64,000 nt of DNA from a virus. Shown here one piece after another: positions 1 to 8,779 of this stretch (positions within the stretch are counted from its first letter, which is position 1; the number at the start of each line of letters is the position of its first letter). The DNA lies in IMG/VR virus record IMGVR_UViG_3300027896_000017, positions 1-64,000 of that record. One strand, given 5' to 3'. Below the pieces are notes generated by a model. That model ran no database searches and was not told where the DNA came from. It saw only the letters and a list, made by a program, of their open reading frames with translations. Made by a program: the position numbers and the translations under genes.

Positions 1-67
1 GTTGTACAAAATAACCCGCGCTGAGTTTATAGGCGGCTCTCATTAACAATCATCAGCGAGGTCATCC

Positions 68-292
68 ATGAAACGCTTTTTAGGAACTGTAGCTTTGCTT
101 TCGGTGCTATTGGTTGTCGGATGTCGCAGTATATATTCACCCTGCGATGTCGTACTGTATTCTGTAAATGGCTCCGTCATTCAGCAATGGCAGGGCGTTA
201 AATATGTTCGGGTTTATAATGGTATAGCACGTTTCATGGATGACGGGAACTATGTGCGCATTTCAGGTACTTTTATCGTTAATATGAAGTAA
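68..292 (+). CDS. small putative lipoprotein (cassette gene)
   Basis: Signal peptide ending LLVVGC; GAGG RBS; fills cassette 1. Confidence 0.65.
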   Translation: MKRFLGTVALLSVLLVVGCRSIYSPCDVVLYSVNGSVIQQWQGVKYVRVYNGIARFMDDGNYVRISGTFIVNMK

Positions 293-461
293 TGCCGCCA
301 ACATTATTGAGGCGCGGGTTACTTCGTACAACACCGGCGTTATGCAATGCGGATCACATTAAGGAGTTGGAATTATAGCCGCACTGCACAACACCGGAAA
401 CGTTGGTGGAAATGCTCGCCTTAAGAAATTTTTGATAGGCGGGCGCAAAGAAAGGTTCATT

Positions 462-761
462 ATGGTTGATTGTAAACTTCCGACGTTGTCAGTAGCTACT
501 TGTGAGTATCAAGAGTTTTTCGATAACCGAACGCAGTGTAATGGTCGTGGCATGTTCGAAGGTCATTGCCCGTTTCGTAAGGTTGTGGAAGATGCGCCCG
601 CTGACACTATGGAAGCGGCGAGCACATCCACCAACACTCAAAGCCATGCAATTTCGCTTTGCCTTGTGTGCATTAAAGAACCGTGTTCGCAGCGGAGCGA
701 GCTTCCGTCATGTCCAGTAACCGTTTGTGCCATGCGCCAAGCGAAACATGCAGGCGTTTGA
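462..761 (+). CDS. Cys-rich hypothetical protein (cassette gene)
   Basis: ATG after GAAAGG; reads through the attC-like hairpin. Confidence 0.55.
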   Translation: MVDCKLPTLSVATCEYQEFFDNRTQCNGRGMFEGHCPFRKVVEDAPADTMEAASTSTNTQSHAISLCLVCIKEPCSQRSELPSCPVTVCAMRQAKHAGV

Positions 762-800
762 GAAAGTTGTAGTCAATTACCATTTTCTTTGGAGTTATAA

Positions 801-1007
801 ATGGCCGCAAAAACATACGAAGAGTTCATGGCGCAAGAAACTTTTGACGCTGTACCGTTACCTGAAATTGGTCGCTACATTTGGGATGCGGCCATTAAAT
901 CTGTTGAGGAAAATGGTAACAGCCTACAACAGCGAAAGTGTGCCATTAAAAAATGTGGTTGTCCAACATGCGGTATTCCAGTATCGGAATGTCCTCGTGT
1001 AAAGTAA
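801..1007 (+). CDS. hypothetical protein (cassette gene)
   Basis: GGAG RBS; Cys-rich C-terminus encoded within the attC-like hairpin. Confidence 0.6.
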   Translation: MAAKTYEEFMAQETFDAVPLPEIGRYIWDAAIKSVEENGNSLQQRKCAIKKCGCPTCGIPVSECPRVK

Positions 1008-1362
1008 CGGCACACGTTTCGCACACGTTGTAAGAAATAAATTTTGCTCTTTAAAATTATAGGCACACTTCTGTACGGGCCATACGAACGACGAAGGGTA
1101 ATATGGCGGGTAAAGTGTCATTCGACTCCGTTACATCCCGTAAGTGTGCTTTACATTAAGGTAGCAAAATTTACATCTTACAACAAATAAAGGTTGCCAT
1201 GTGTGCCTATATCAAAAACTGACCGTACCAGTAATCGAACGGTATAACATTACGGCTCTTATACTCAGTAGGTTTTTATAGGCACTCACGGCAACCGTTT
1301 ATCAAACGTTAGGCACAATACCGGCTCCGACCACACCAATGACGGCGCGAGGAAAGGAAAAA

Positions 1363-1674
1363 ATGAAAACACACATTAATAAAATTTACGGAACTGAGTT
1401 AGAAAAAGTATGCATAGATGAACCTCCGTATACTGTTTTTGGAAGTTCTGTCTTGTTGCCTTCTTTCCATGTTGCAATGAAAGTTGATGGGTTAAAAGAA
1501 ATATTAAAATTGGCAGACGACGATGATTCTTTTCATATCGAGATTTCGCATGAAAAAATGACAAGGTATTGGATAACAAGAAAAAGAAAAATCGTGCCGC
1601 AAGAAAGCGGAGCGGAGCCGGTACAATGCCTAACAAACAAAGGCCAAAATACCGGCGAATCTATAGGTAAATAG
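1363..1674 (+). CDS. hypothetical protein (cassette gene)
   Basis: ATG after GGAAAGG. Confidence 0.6.
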   Translation: MKTHINKIYGTELEKVCIDEPPYTVFGSSVLLPSFHVAMKVDGLKEILKLADDDDSFHIEISHEKMTRYWITRKRKIVPQESGAEPVQCLTNKGQNTGESIGK

Positions 1675-1745
1675 TTATTAATAGGCCGGTACTTAGGCCA
1701 TTTGTTAACGTTGTACGCAATGAACTTCTTAGAAAGGTTTTTACT

Positions 1746-1982
1746 ATGTCTAAACTAGGCGGTAGGTGTATATGTAAGTTATGTGATCTTGAGAACACGG
1801 GTACTTGTATCATAGAGGCCGCAAAAATAGGATACTGTGGTGCTCAGTCCACAGACGTACAACAGCTAAAGGCTAAAATTGCCTCACTTGTTGCGGAATT
1901 TTGTGAGCTTTACGACAGGGGTTTGAGCAATGAAGCCGTGTCTCTTTTACTAACTAAACTGCGGCAACTATCAGCCGTTTAA
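1746..1982 (+). CDS. hypothetical protein (cassette gene, QQLKA..KLRQLSAV tail)
   Basis: GAAAGG RBS; C-terminal motif shared with ORFs 2034 and 9061. Confidence 0.6.
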   Translation: MSKLGGRCICKLCDLENTGTCIIEAAKIGYCGAQSTDVQQLKAKIASLVAEFCELYDRGLSNEAVSLLLTKLRQLSAV

Positions 1983-2033
1983 CGAAACGTTGTGACGCAA
2001 GCTAATTGAACTTTTAATTTGAAAGGAGCGGCT

Positions 2034-2339
2034 ATGAGTCAAGGAACAGTTGATCCGGTCGGTGAAATGGTCAGCAAAGCCATCACCAATCATCTTCATC
2101 ATGCCAACCGTAGGTACTATAACGAGCGGGACGACTTTCTTCTCGGTAATTTACATGAGGATATGTGCAAACTGGTAAGAGCCGCACAGAAGAGCGTGGA
2201 GGTTCAGTTGGCCAGCGCACAACAGCTAAAGGCTGAAATTGCCGCTCTTGTTAAGGAGTATAGTGGTACATTTGATGGTATGCATTCTTTAAGTGAGAAT
2301 GAATTTTTACATAAACTGCAGCAACTATCAGCCGTTTAG
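2034..2339 (+). CDS. hypothetical protein (cassette gene, QQLKAEI..KLQQLSAV tail)
   Basis: GAAAGGAG RBS before ATG 2034. Confidence 0.6.
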   Translation: MSQGTVDPVGEMVSKAITNHLHHANRRYYNERDDFLLGNLHEDMCKLVRAAQKSVEVQLASAQQLKAEIAALVKEYSGTFDGMHSLSENEFLHKLQQLSAV

Positions 2340-2515
2340 CAGGACATTGGTTGCAATTGGCAACGAGAGCGTTTTATAGTTCCGCTGCTAGAAAGAATAT
2401 AACATGAATAATCCAAATGGTAGATAATGGTATTAGCCGTTGGCACAGGTTCGATTCCTGTATCGACATGAATATTTATTTATTATTTCATTTACTTTAA
2501 CTGAAAGGTAATAAT

Positions 2516-2716
2516 ATGGAATATTTATCATTTACTTTATGGATGTTATGCTATCCATTATTCAGTACAATTGGATGTTATTTAATGGTAAAATATCATG
2601 AAGTTTCACCATTAAAAAAATGTACCTCATCAAATATCGGCATTGTTACGTTAATTGATTTAATTATATACATATATATTGGAATGCTTTTATGGCGATC
2701 TGTCACAAATCCATAA
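2516..2716 (+). CDS. small membrane protein
   Basis: GAAAGG RBS; two hydrophobic segments. Confidence 0.6.
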   Translation: MEYLSFTLWMLCYPLFSTIGCYLMVKYHEVSPLKKCTSSNIGIVTLIDLIIYIYIGMLLWRSVTNP

Positions 2717-2729
2717 TAAAGAGGTGTCT

Positions 2730-2993
2730 ATGAATGAAATTAAACCAAAATTTTCAAATTTAACTAATAAAATGCATTTATTATTAAATCAAATAATAAA
2801 CGCAGAAAAGGGGGCGAGAGAATTAATAATAGAAATGCATAATTATGAACGAATACCTCCTGCAGAGGTGCTTATTACAGAATCTCTTCTTAAAGAGTTA
2901 TGTAATGCTCTTGGATGGCAAGGAGGCACACGCCATCAGGCGCTGGATAAAGTTAAACGATTGGTACAAATAGAACAGAAAGGAAAACAATGA
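2730..2993 (+). CDS. hypothetical protein
   Basis: GAGGTG RBS; ATGA overlap with next ORF. Confidence 0.6.
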   Translation: MNEIKPKFSNLTNKMHLLLNQIINAEKGARELIIEMHNYERIPPAEVLITESLLKELCNALGWQGGTRHQALDKVKRLVQIEQKGKQ

Positions 2994-3196
2994 AATTATT
3001 TATATTTTTAAAACAATACTTTTGTAAACATGTATGGAAGGATGGTAAAAAAACACTTTTAAGTCAAAGATGGGAAAATTATGCAGAACAGGATGGTGTT
3101 CCTATTCAGGCACACTTTTCTTATAATAGCATTGAACAAAAATGCATTAAATGCAACAAAGAAAGGATAATAGAAAAACGGGTAATAATTACATAA
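2990..3196 (+). CDS. small Cys/His (CxH..CxxC) protein
   Basis: ATGA overlap; FCKH and CIKC motifs. Confidence 0.6.
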   Translation: MKLFIFLKQYFCKHVWKDGKKTLLSQRWENYAEQDGVPIQAHFSYNSIEQKCIKCNKERIIEKRVIIT

Positions 3197-3212
3197 ATAT
3201 TATGATATTTTT

Positions 3213-3975
3213 GTATAGTAAGTGTATCGTATCGCATGGTATTGTGCCATCAAGTAAATGTTATGTATTGTGCCATCTAGTAACGTAATGCGTAATAAAA
3301 TCTAGTAAAGTAAATGTAAGGTGTAACATAGTACCGTCTAGTAAATGCGCTGTAATGTAGTGTCATATCAAGTAAATGTAAAGTAAAGTCGGGCAGGGTC
3401 TCGTTATGTGACGTTCTGTAAATGTAAAGTAAAGTGGTATGGTATGATGTTTAGTAAATATTGGGTTTTGTATAGTTGTGTAAATTTGTAAATGTTGGGT
3501 AGGGTGTTGTTATGTGAAATTCTGTAAATGTAAAGTAGTGTAAGGTAGAGTAGAGTGTTATTGCGTAAATGTATAGTAAAGTTGAGTATTGCTATGTAAA
3601 TGCAATGTGTAGTATTAAGTAATGTTTGGTAAATGTATTGTCATGTTGCATTAAGTAATGTGTGGTGCCGTAAATGTAATGCGTTGTATAGTATTATCTA
3701 GTAAATGTAACGTGAGGTCACATGATGTAAAGTAATATCTAGTAAATGTATGGTCGCGTGAAGTATCATGCAGTAAATGTTTTGTTATATAAAATTAAGT
3801 TGAGTATTATAAATGTAAGATAAAGTAAAGTAACGTGCATTGTAATATAAATGTAGGGTGAAGTCTAATGAAGTAAAGTTCAGTAAATGTGCTGTAAAGT
3901 AGCGTGAAGTAATGTTCAGTAAATGTGCTGTGTCGTGTTGTAAAGTATCGTCACGTAATGTTATGTAAATGTAAT
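3213..3975 (+). repeat. Pentamer array 1: (GT-NNN)n units delimited by GTAAAT; candidate guide-RNA array
   Basis: About 20 GTAAAT/ATAAAT delimiters, mostly spaced 31/36/41/46 nt (6+5n); RY (mostly GT) every 5 nt; no ORF. Confidence 0.9.
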
Positions 3976-4001
3976 TTAAACCTTAAATAAGGAGACGTAA
4001 A

Positions 4002-4535
4002 ATGGCTAAAAATGGTAAGGCTTTGGGTGAAAAGCCCATCGAGACAAATGTCAGTTCAGTTATGGGCGTTCGTGGGGAATGGTTGAAAGACAAATCTTCC
4101 TCTCTTTCATTTCAGGAATGGCTTGTTCTCAAGTATAACAAACTTGAGGAAACTATTCTTACACTCCAGTCTGAGAGGGGTATTTTGAAAACTGAAATCA
4201 GCGATCTTATGAAAGAAAACGAGGCAATTAAAACAGAAGTTGCCTCATTGAAACCGAAGATCGATGAGTTGAAGCTTGAAAAAGATCTAATGACCAAAAC
4301 TATATCAGAATTAAAGGCCGAAAATGAAACGCTTTCAAAGATCATTCCTTTTCCCAATATAAATAATCTCGCCAATGCTGAAGCTGACGCTGTGCTTCAA
4401 GCTGAAGAAGAAGCTGAAATTCATGCTGATGAAGAGGCTGCTGCTGAAATTGTTGCTGAAGCTGACGCTATACTTCAAGCTGAAGAAGAGGCTGCGATTC
4501 AGGCTGATGAAGAAATTGGTCCGTCTGCCGCATAG
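4002..4535 (+). CDS. coiled-coil protein with duplicated acidic C-terminal repeat
   Basis: AAGGAG RBS; heptad region; AEADA.LQAEEEA.I.ADEE twice (78-nt offset). Confidence 0.8.
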   Translation: MAKNGKALGEKPIETNVSSVMGVRGEWLKDKSSSLSFQEWLVLKYNKLEETILTLQSERGILKTEISDLMKENEAIKTEVASLKPKIDELKLEKDLMTKTISELKAENETLSKIIPFPNINNLANAEADAVLQAEEEAEIHADEEAAAEIVAEADAILQAEEEAAIQADEEIGPSAA

Positions 4536-4595
4536 TTTAATAAAGGGGATTAACAATCCCTCTATTTTTTTTAATCATTAAAACAAGGAGTTTAT

Positions 4596-4904
4596 ATGAG
4601 AGATGTGGACAATACTTTAACCAGTCAAAATGATATTGATGCTATGGAGTCGTGCACGGATATTACCAAAATTGCGATACTCAGGGCCATTGAGGAATTG
4701 AAACGTCAATTTATAACAGAAAGAATTGAAGCGGGTAAATTAAAAGTCCAGTATGCTGAAAAGGTAGCTGAGATTGCCAAACTTAAAATTGAATTAAGCA
4801 AACTTTCTGAAGCAAATCAAGTTCTTGAAGAAATAAGAAGCGCAATAGAGGAAACTAATAACTATTTAAAAAATGAATCAGAGAGAGGTTCAGAAAATGA
4901 GTAA
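4596..4904 (+). CDS. coiled-coil hypothetical protein
   Basis: AAGGAG RBS. Confidence 0.7.
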   Translation: MRDVDNTLTSQNDIDAMESCTDITKIAILRAIEELKRQFITERIEAGKLKVQYAEKVAEIAKLKIELSKLSEANQVLEEIRSAIEETNNYLKNESERGSENE

Positions 4905-5067
4905 AGAAACATCATTCAAGGATTGTAAGAAAAGTTGTAAAAATGGTTGTATTTGCGATGGTTATTGTTTTAAAACTGGTTATGAATATGCTTTAATGGA
5001 TATGCAAAGTTTGCCTGAATCCAAGAATAGAAAAAAGAATAGAAATAAACTTATTAATAAACGTTAA
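4897..5067 (+). CDS. small Cys-rich protein
   Basis: GAGAGG RBS; 5 Cys. Confidence 0.5.
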   Translation: MSKETSFKDCKKSCKNGCICDGYCFKTGYEYALMDMQSLPESKNRKKNRNKLINKR

Positions 5068-5303
5068 TAATGGTTATACTTTTATTATTTGTGGTATAAC
5101 CACAATAGAGCAACGGTCTTATTTTAAACTGCTGGATACTACGCGAATCGGAGCCTATTAACAGCCTAAGATCTCACCGAAGATACCTGGTGCGTTATTA
5201 GCGTCGTGTGCGGACTATTGCCCCCAAAAGCAATAAGATCTATCGACAAACCGAGGACCAGCAGTTTAATTTTTTCTTACACTTTTCTTTGAAAGGAATT
5301 AAC

Positions 5304-5510
5304 ATGAATATTGTTAATAAAATATTACTGCTTTTTTATTCAGTCTTGTTTGGATTAATATTGGCCTTTCCAGTCAAATGGTGTTGGAACTGGTCAATTG
5401 CCATTATATTTGGTCTGCCGGATATTACGTGGTGGCAGGCGTGGTGTCTTCAATTTTTAACTGCTGTTTTAATAAGGTCAACAAACAATATAACAACGAA
5501 AGAAAAATAA
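5304..5510 (+). CDS. small membrane protein
   Basis: GAAAGGA RBS before ATG 5304; WNW..IFGLP.ITWWQA motif. Confidence 0.65.
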   Translation: MNIVNKILLLFYSVLFGLILAFPVKWCWNWSIAIIFGLPDITWWQAWCLQFLTAVLIRSTNNITTKEK

Positions 5511-5860
5511 ATGTCGAGTAAGATAATGCGCTGTTCAGTAAATGTATTGTAAAGTTGTATACGATCAAATAGGGTGACGTTAATGTAAAGTAGGGTGGAG
5601 TTATGTTTGGTAAATGTTTTATACAGTAAAGTACCATAAAGTTATTATATGACGTTAGTGTTAAGTGAAGTGCCGTTTTGTGTGGTAAATGTTCTGTGGA
5701 GCCATGTTATATGGAATATCGTTTTGTGACGTTAATGTATTGTGTGATGGCATAAAATCTAGTAAATGTATAGTAAATGTGTGGTCGAGTCAAATGTAGT
5801 TTAGTAAATGTGCTGTTGGGTAAAATATAGTTCAGTAAATGTATTGTTATATTGTATTCA
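5507..5860 (+). repeat. Pentamer array 2 (GT-NNN units, GTAAAT/GTTAAT delimiters)
   Basis: Delimiters at 5507, 5538, 5579, 5610, 5654, 5685, 5731, 5762, 5773, 5804, 5835. Confidence 0.9.
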
Positions 5861-6070
5861 GATATCGAGGCGCACGATTGCGCAAAGGTCAGGCTTTTAT
5901 TATCATAGTTCTCTAACCTTACCTGGAGAACAATATGCGATTTGAAAGCAGGTAAACTTGACCGGCAAGTAACGTAGCCTGCGTTACTTCCAATATATTT
6001 TTGGTCTATTACTTGACAAATAATAATTTAAAAAGATATTACATAATATAAACGAATAAAAGGAGGAAAA

Positions 6071-6661
6071 ATGAGTTTTTGGTCTATTGCATCAAAAGAA
6101 CTAATAGTAAAAGACTCTCCATCTTCGACGGTGATGGCGCTAAAAAACTTGAGAAATTTTCATGCTACGGATGGCGCTTCTATAAATTTTGAATGTGCAA
6201 TTAATGTAGCGAAAGTATACGAAGAGTATTGAAAAGATGTACATAAACCAGCTTGGAGTGATTTAGTAAGAGTTGGCAAGGCCCATGCTAAAGTTATCCA
6301 TAAATTTGAAGGTAGTTGCCCTCCATGGTGGCTGTATGAAGTATCCAAGTACGACAAAATGGAAGGGATATCTTTTAATTGGGTAAGTGAGCCCAAAGAG
6401 CCTCTTAATTTTGAAATAGGTATGAAATACTATCTATCAAATAAACGCTTGATAGAATTAGGGCAAAGAAAATGGATATTCAAATCCATTTTGAACTTTG
6501 CTCTTGATAAAGCTCTTAGTGATGTGCTTGGGGCAGCAGATCAAATACTTCGGGTAGTGGTGGGAGATAAAAACTACTTGTATAAATTCGAAGAATATTA
6601 TCAACATTGGAAACAGATTTCATTTTGTGATAATTCGATAAAGGTTATTATGCTGAGTTAA
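6071..6661 (+). pseudogene. hypothetical gene interrupted by one in-frame TGA (6230-6232)
   Basis: AGGAGG RBS and ATG 6071 are in frame with ORF 6359-6661; only one stop lies between them. Confidence 0.6.
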
Positions 6662-6915
6662 TTATTCTTTTACAACAATTTATTCAACGATAGGAGAAAG
6701 AATTATAAAAGCGGAAAATAGATACAATAAGATAAATGTTTTCGTGAGGAAAATGCTTAAAGAAATTAAAAACAGAAATAATGACATTAGTGAGATCAAA
6801 ATGAATTATCCACAAAATATTTCCATAAATGATATGGAAATAATAGAGGGAATATTTAACGGACTGGGATATAAAATATCTCCTAAAATTTCCTCATTAC
6901 AATTAATGTAAAATT

Positions 6916-7000
6916 TTAATTAGGATAGTTGTTCCGCCGTGCCGGTTTAATGAGATACAAGTTGAAACTGTGAGCAGGCCCGAACAATTATCCTAATTAA
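6916..7000 (+). ncRNA. long hairpin immediately upstream of array 3 (leader/processing structure)
   Basis: TTAATTAGGATAGTTGTTC pairs with GAACAATTATCCTAATTAA; inner GC stems. Confidence 0.5.
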
Positions 7001-7007
7001 GCAAATT

Positions 7008-7500
7008 GTAAATGTATTGTACTGTGAGGTCCTGTAAATGTATATGTTGTTTGGTTTAGTGCTGTAGGTGTGTTGTGAAGTATTATTTGGTAATGTGCCG
7101 TAAATGTGCCGTGTTGTGAAGTCGGGCGGCGTAAATGTACTGTGTTGTTAGGTCTGGTGGCATAAATGTAAGGTACAGTTGAGTAAAGTCTAGTAAATGT
7201 AAGGTACTGTATGATAAAGTACTGTGTTATAAATGTGATGTGAAATCGCGTGAGGTGTTGTAACAGTAAGTAATATCGCGTATCGTAAATGTCTGTGTTG
7301 TTTTGTTAATAAATAAAATATAGTATTGTAAATGTGTCGCGTAAGATCATGTAAATGTGAAGTAAAGTAGCGTAACGTTTAGTAAATGTATAGTAAAGTA
7401 AGACCGCGTAAATGTGAAGTAATGCCGAGTAACGTAAGGTTATGTAAATGTGGAGTAAGGTGGAGTGAGGTGCTGTATAGTAGAGTTTTGTAAATGTATT
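7008..7500 (+). repeat. Pentamer array 3 (GT-NNN units, GTAAAT delimiters), directly upstream of the RAMP gene
   Basis: Delimiters at 7008, 7034, 7100, 7131, 7162, 7193, 7229, 7285, 7328, 7351, 7382, 7408, 7444, 7490. Confidence 0.9.
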
Positions 7501-7652
7501 ATATTATTATATTAAATAAACACTTCATTATTTATAGAAAGGAAACTATCATCAAAATCCAAAAATTCTAATTGTTTCAGCATGTCTTGAAGAAGTTGGC
7601 ACTCAAACAAAAAAAACTGCCGACACAAACGTTCATTGAAAGGAAGTTTTCC

Positions 7653-8345
7653 ATGGAAGCGAAGAAAGTTCTCAAAATCGAAGCAGAGTTCTTAACAGAA
7701 TGCTTGGGAACAAACCCAAGTGACCCCAATGTTTATGCGTCATGGATTGCTGAAGAGGCCCCTGACAGGGCCACAACAGCCAGTGATATTGCAGGTATGA
7801 CCACCACGATGGAAGTTCATCGTGCCCAACTTCGCGCTGCCGCAGAAGCGAATCCTAATGCGCCTGCAGTAGAAGAAGTTGAAGATGCAAATCTTATCGA
7901 TCCCAAAGGAAAAACTATCTTCTTAAAAACAGAAGATGGCAAGCCCTATCTTCCCGCATATATGATTAAGGGCTTTCTCAAGTCGTCTGCCAAAGCTCAG
8001 AATCGTATCCCTGGCAGCAGAGTCAGTGGCATAAAGGCCAACCAGCAGGTCATAACTGACCTGATTTTTGTAACCCCTGCCAAGGTCATGCTGGAACTGC
8101 CCAGCGGAGCCACCATTGGTGAGCTTCAGCGCCCTCTCTGCATTGCAAATTCGCCTACTGGCCCCAGGACAGCCATCAGTGTCAGCGAGTCTGTTCCAGT
8201 TGGAACTAAATTCAAATTCCAAGTGGAAATGTTAAGGGGAGATCTAGAACCTCTGGCAAAGGATCTACTGGACTACGGCGAGCGTAAGGGCATAGGACAG
8301 TGGAGAAATGCAGGTAAGGGGTCGTTCTCTTATCGCATTGTATAG
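7653..8345 (+). CDS. stand-alone Cas7/Csm3-like RAMP protein
   Basis: N-terminal beta strand LKIEAEFLTECLG; PYLPAYMIKGFLK (RAMP P.IP.S.LKG motif); ESVPVGTKFKFQV; C-terminal Gly-rich loop GIGQWRNAGKGSF. GAAAGGA RBS before ATG 7653. Confidence 0.85.
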   Translation: MEAKKVLKIEAEFLTECLGTNPSDPNVYASWIAEEAPDRATTASDIAGMTTTMEVHRAQLRAAAEANPNAPAVEEVEDANLIDPKGKTIFLKTEDGKPYLPAYMIKGFLKSSAKAQNRIPGSRVSGIKANQQVITDLIFVTPAKVMLELPSGATIGELQRPLCIANSPTGPRTAISVSESVPVGTKFKFQVEMLRGDLEPLAKDLLDYGERKGIGQWRNAGKGSFSYRIV

Positions 8346-8557
8346 GTCTTGCCAGTGGATAAAAGTAACTACCAGGAGCGATCGAAAGTTTAACCTGGGG
8401 CTGTGTGAGTTCTCGTATCTTTCAAATTTAGATTACACACAGCATTTTATTAAATTAAACAAATTATTTAAAAAATAATTTGTTTTTTTATTTATATTTA
8501 TGGAATAACAATATAAAGATGCTTTAAATTATATGGAAAAACACAAAAGGAGCACTA

Positions 8558-8779
8558 ATGTATCTTAAAGATGTAATATGTAGTAAATGCCAAATATCTA
8601 TGTATTGTGCTTCTGCTCAAGGTGACGATAGGCCTCCTTGTGCCGATAATCTTAGAGAAATAAGAGAATCTGTTAGAAAATTGAGAGACGCTTTTAAAAG
8701 ATGGAATGATATTCCGACACAAGCGCCTTCTGATGAACTATTAAATGAGATCAACAATGTGATTCAAAGCACAAAATGA
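8558..8779 (+). CDS. hypothetical protein
   Basis: AGGAG RBS; follows promoter motif at 8499. Confidence 0.65.
   Translation: MYLKDVICSKCQISMYCASAQGDDRPPCADNLREIRESVRKLRDAFKRWNDIPTQAPSDELLNEINNVIQSTK

Larger units (their letters stand above)
1..2352 (+). mobile_element. Integron-like gene cassette array (attC-like sites; no integrase in window; truncated at left edge)
   Basis: Seven hairpin sites bounded by ..YAAC and GTT..: 326-408, 629-772, 924-1033, 1178-1314, 1628-1716, 1857-1995, 2217-2352 (last one degenerate). The first ~20 nt of each cassette are complementary to its own end, e.g. 1-21 vs 312-332 and 1308-1329 vs 1613-1634. Confidence 0.75.

Noticed and set aside
2440-2470. tRNA gene
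   Set aside because: Only a T-arm is present; no convincing D-arm or acceptor stem.
6230-6232. Genome-wide stop-codon reassignment (TGA)
   Set aside because: Many genes end in TGA with ATGA coupling, and long genes are uninterrupted in code 11.
6944-6968. Hammerhead ribozyme (TTAATGAG..GAAAC)
   Set aside because: The core deviates from CUGANGA and stem II cannot form; the bases fit a simple hairpin better.
3213-7500. Canonical CRISPR array
   Set aside because: The constant element is only 6-8 nt, the 'spacers' have internal 5-nt periodicity, and there is no palindromic repeat or cas1/cas2.
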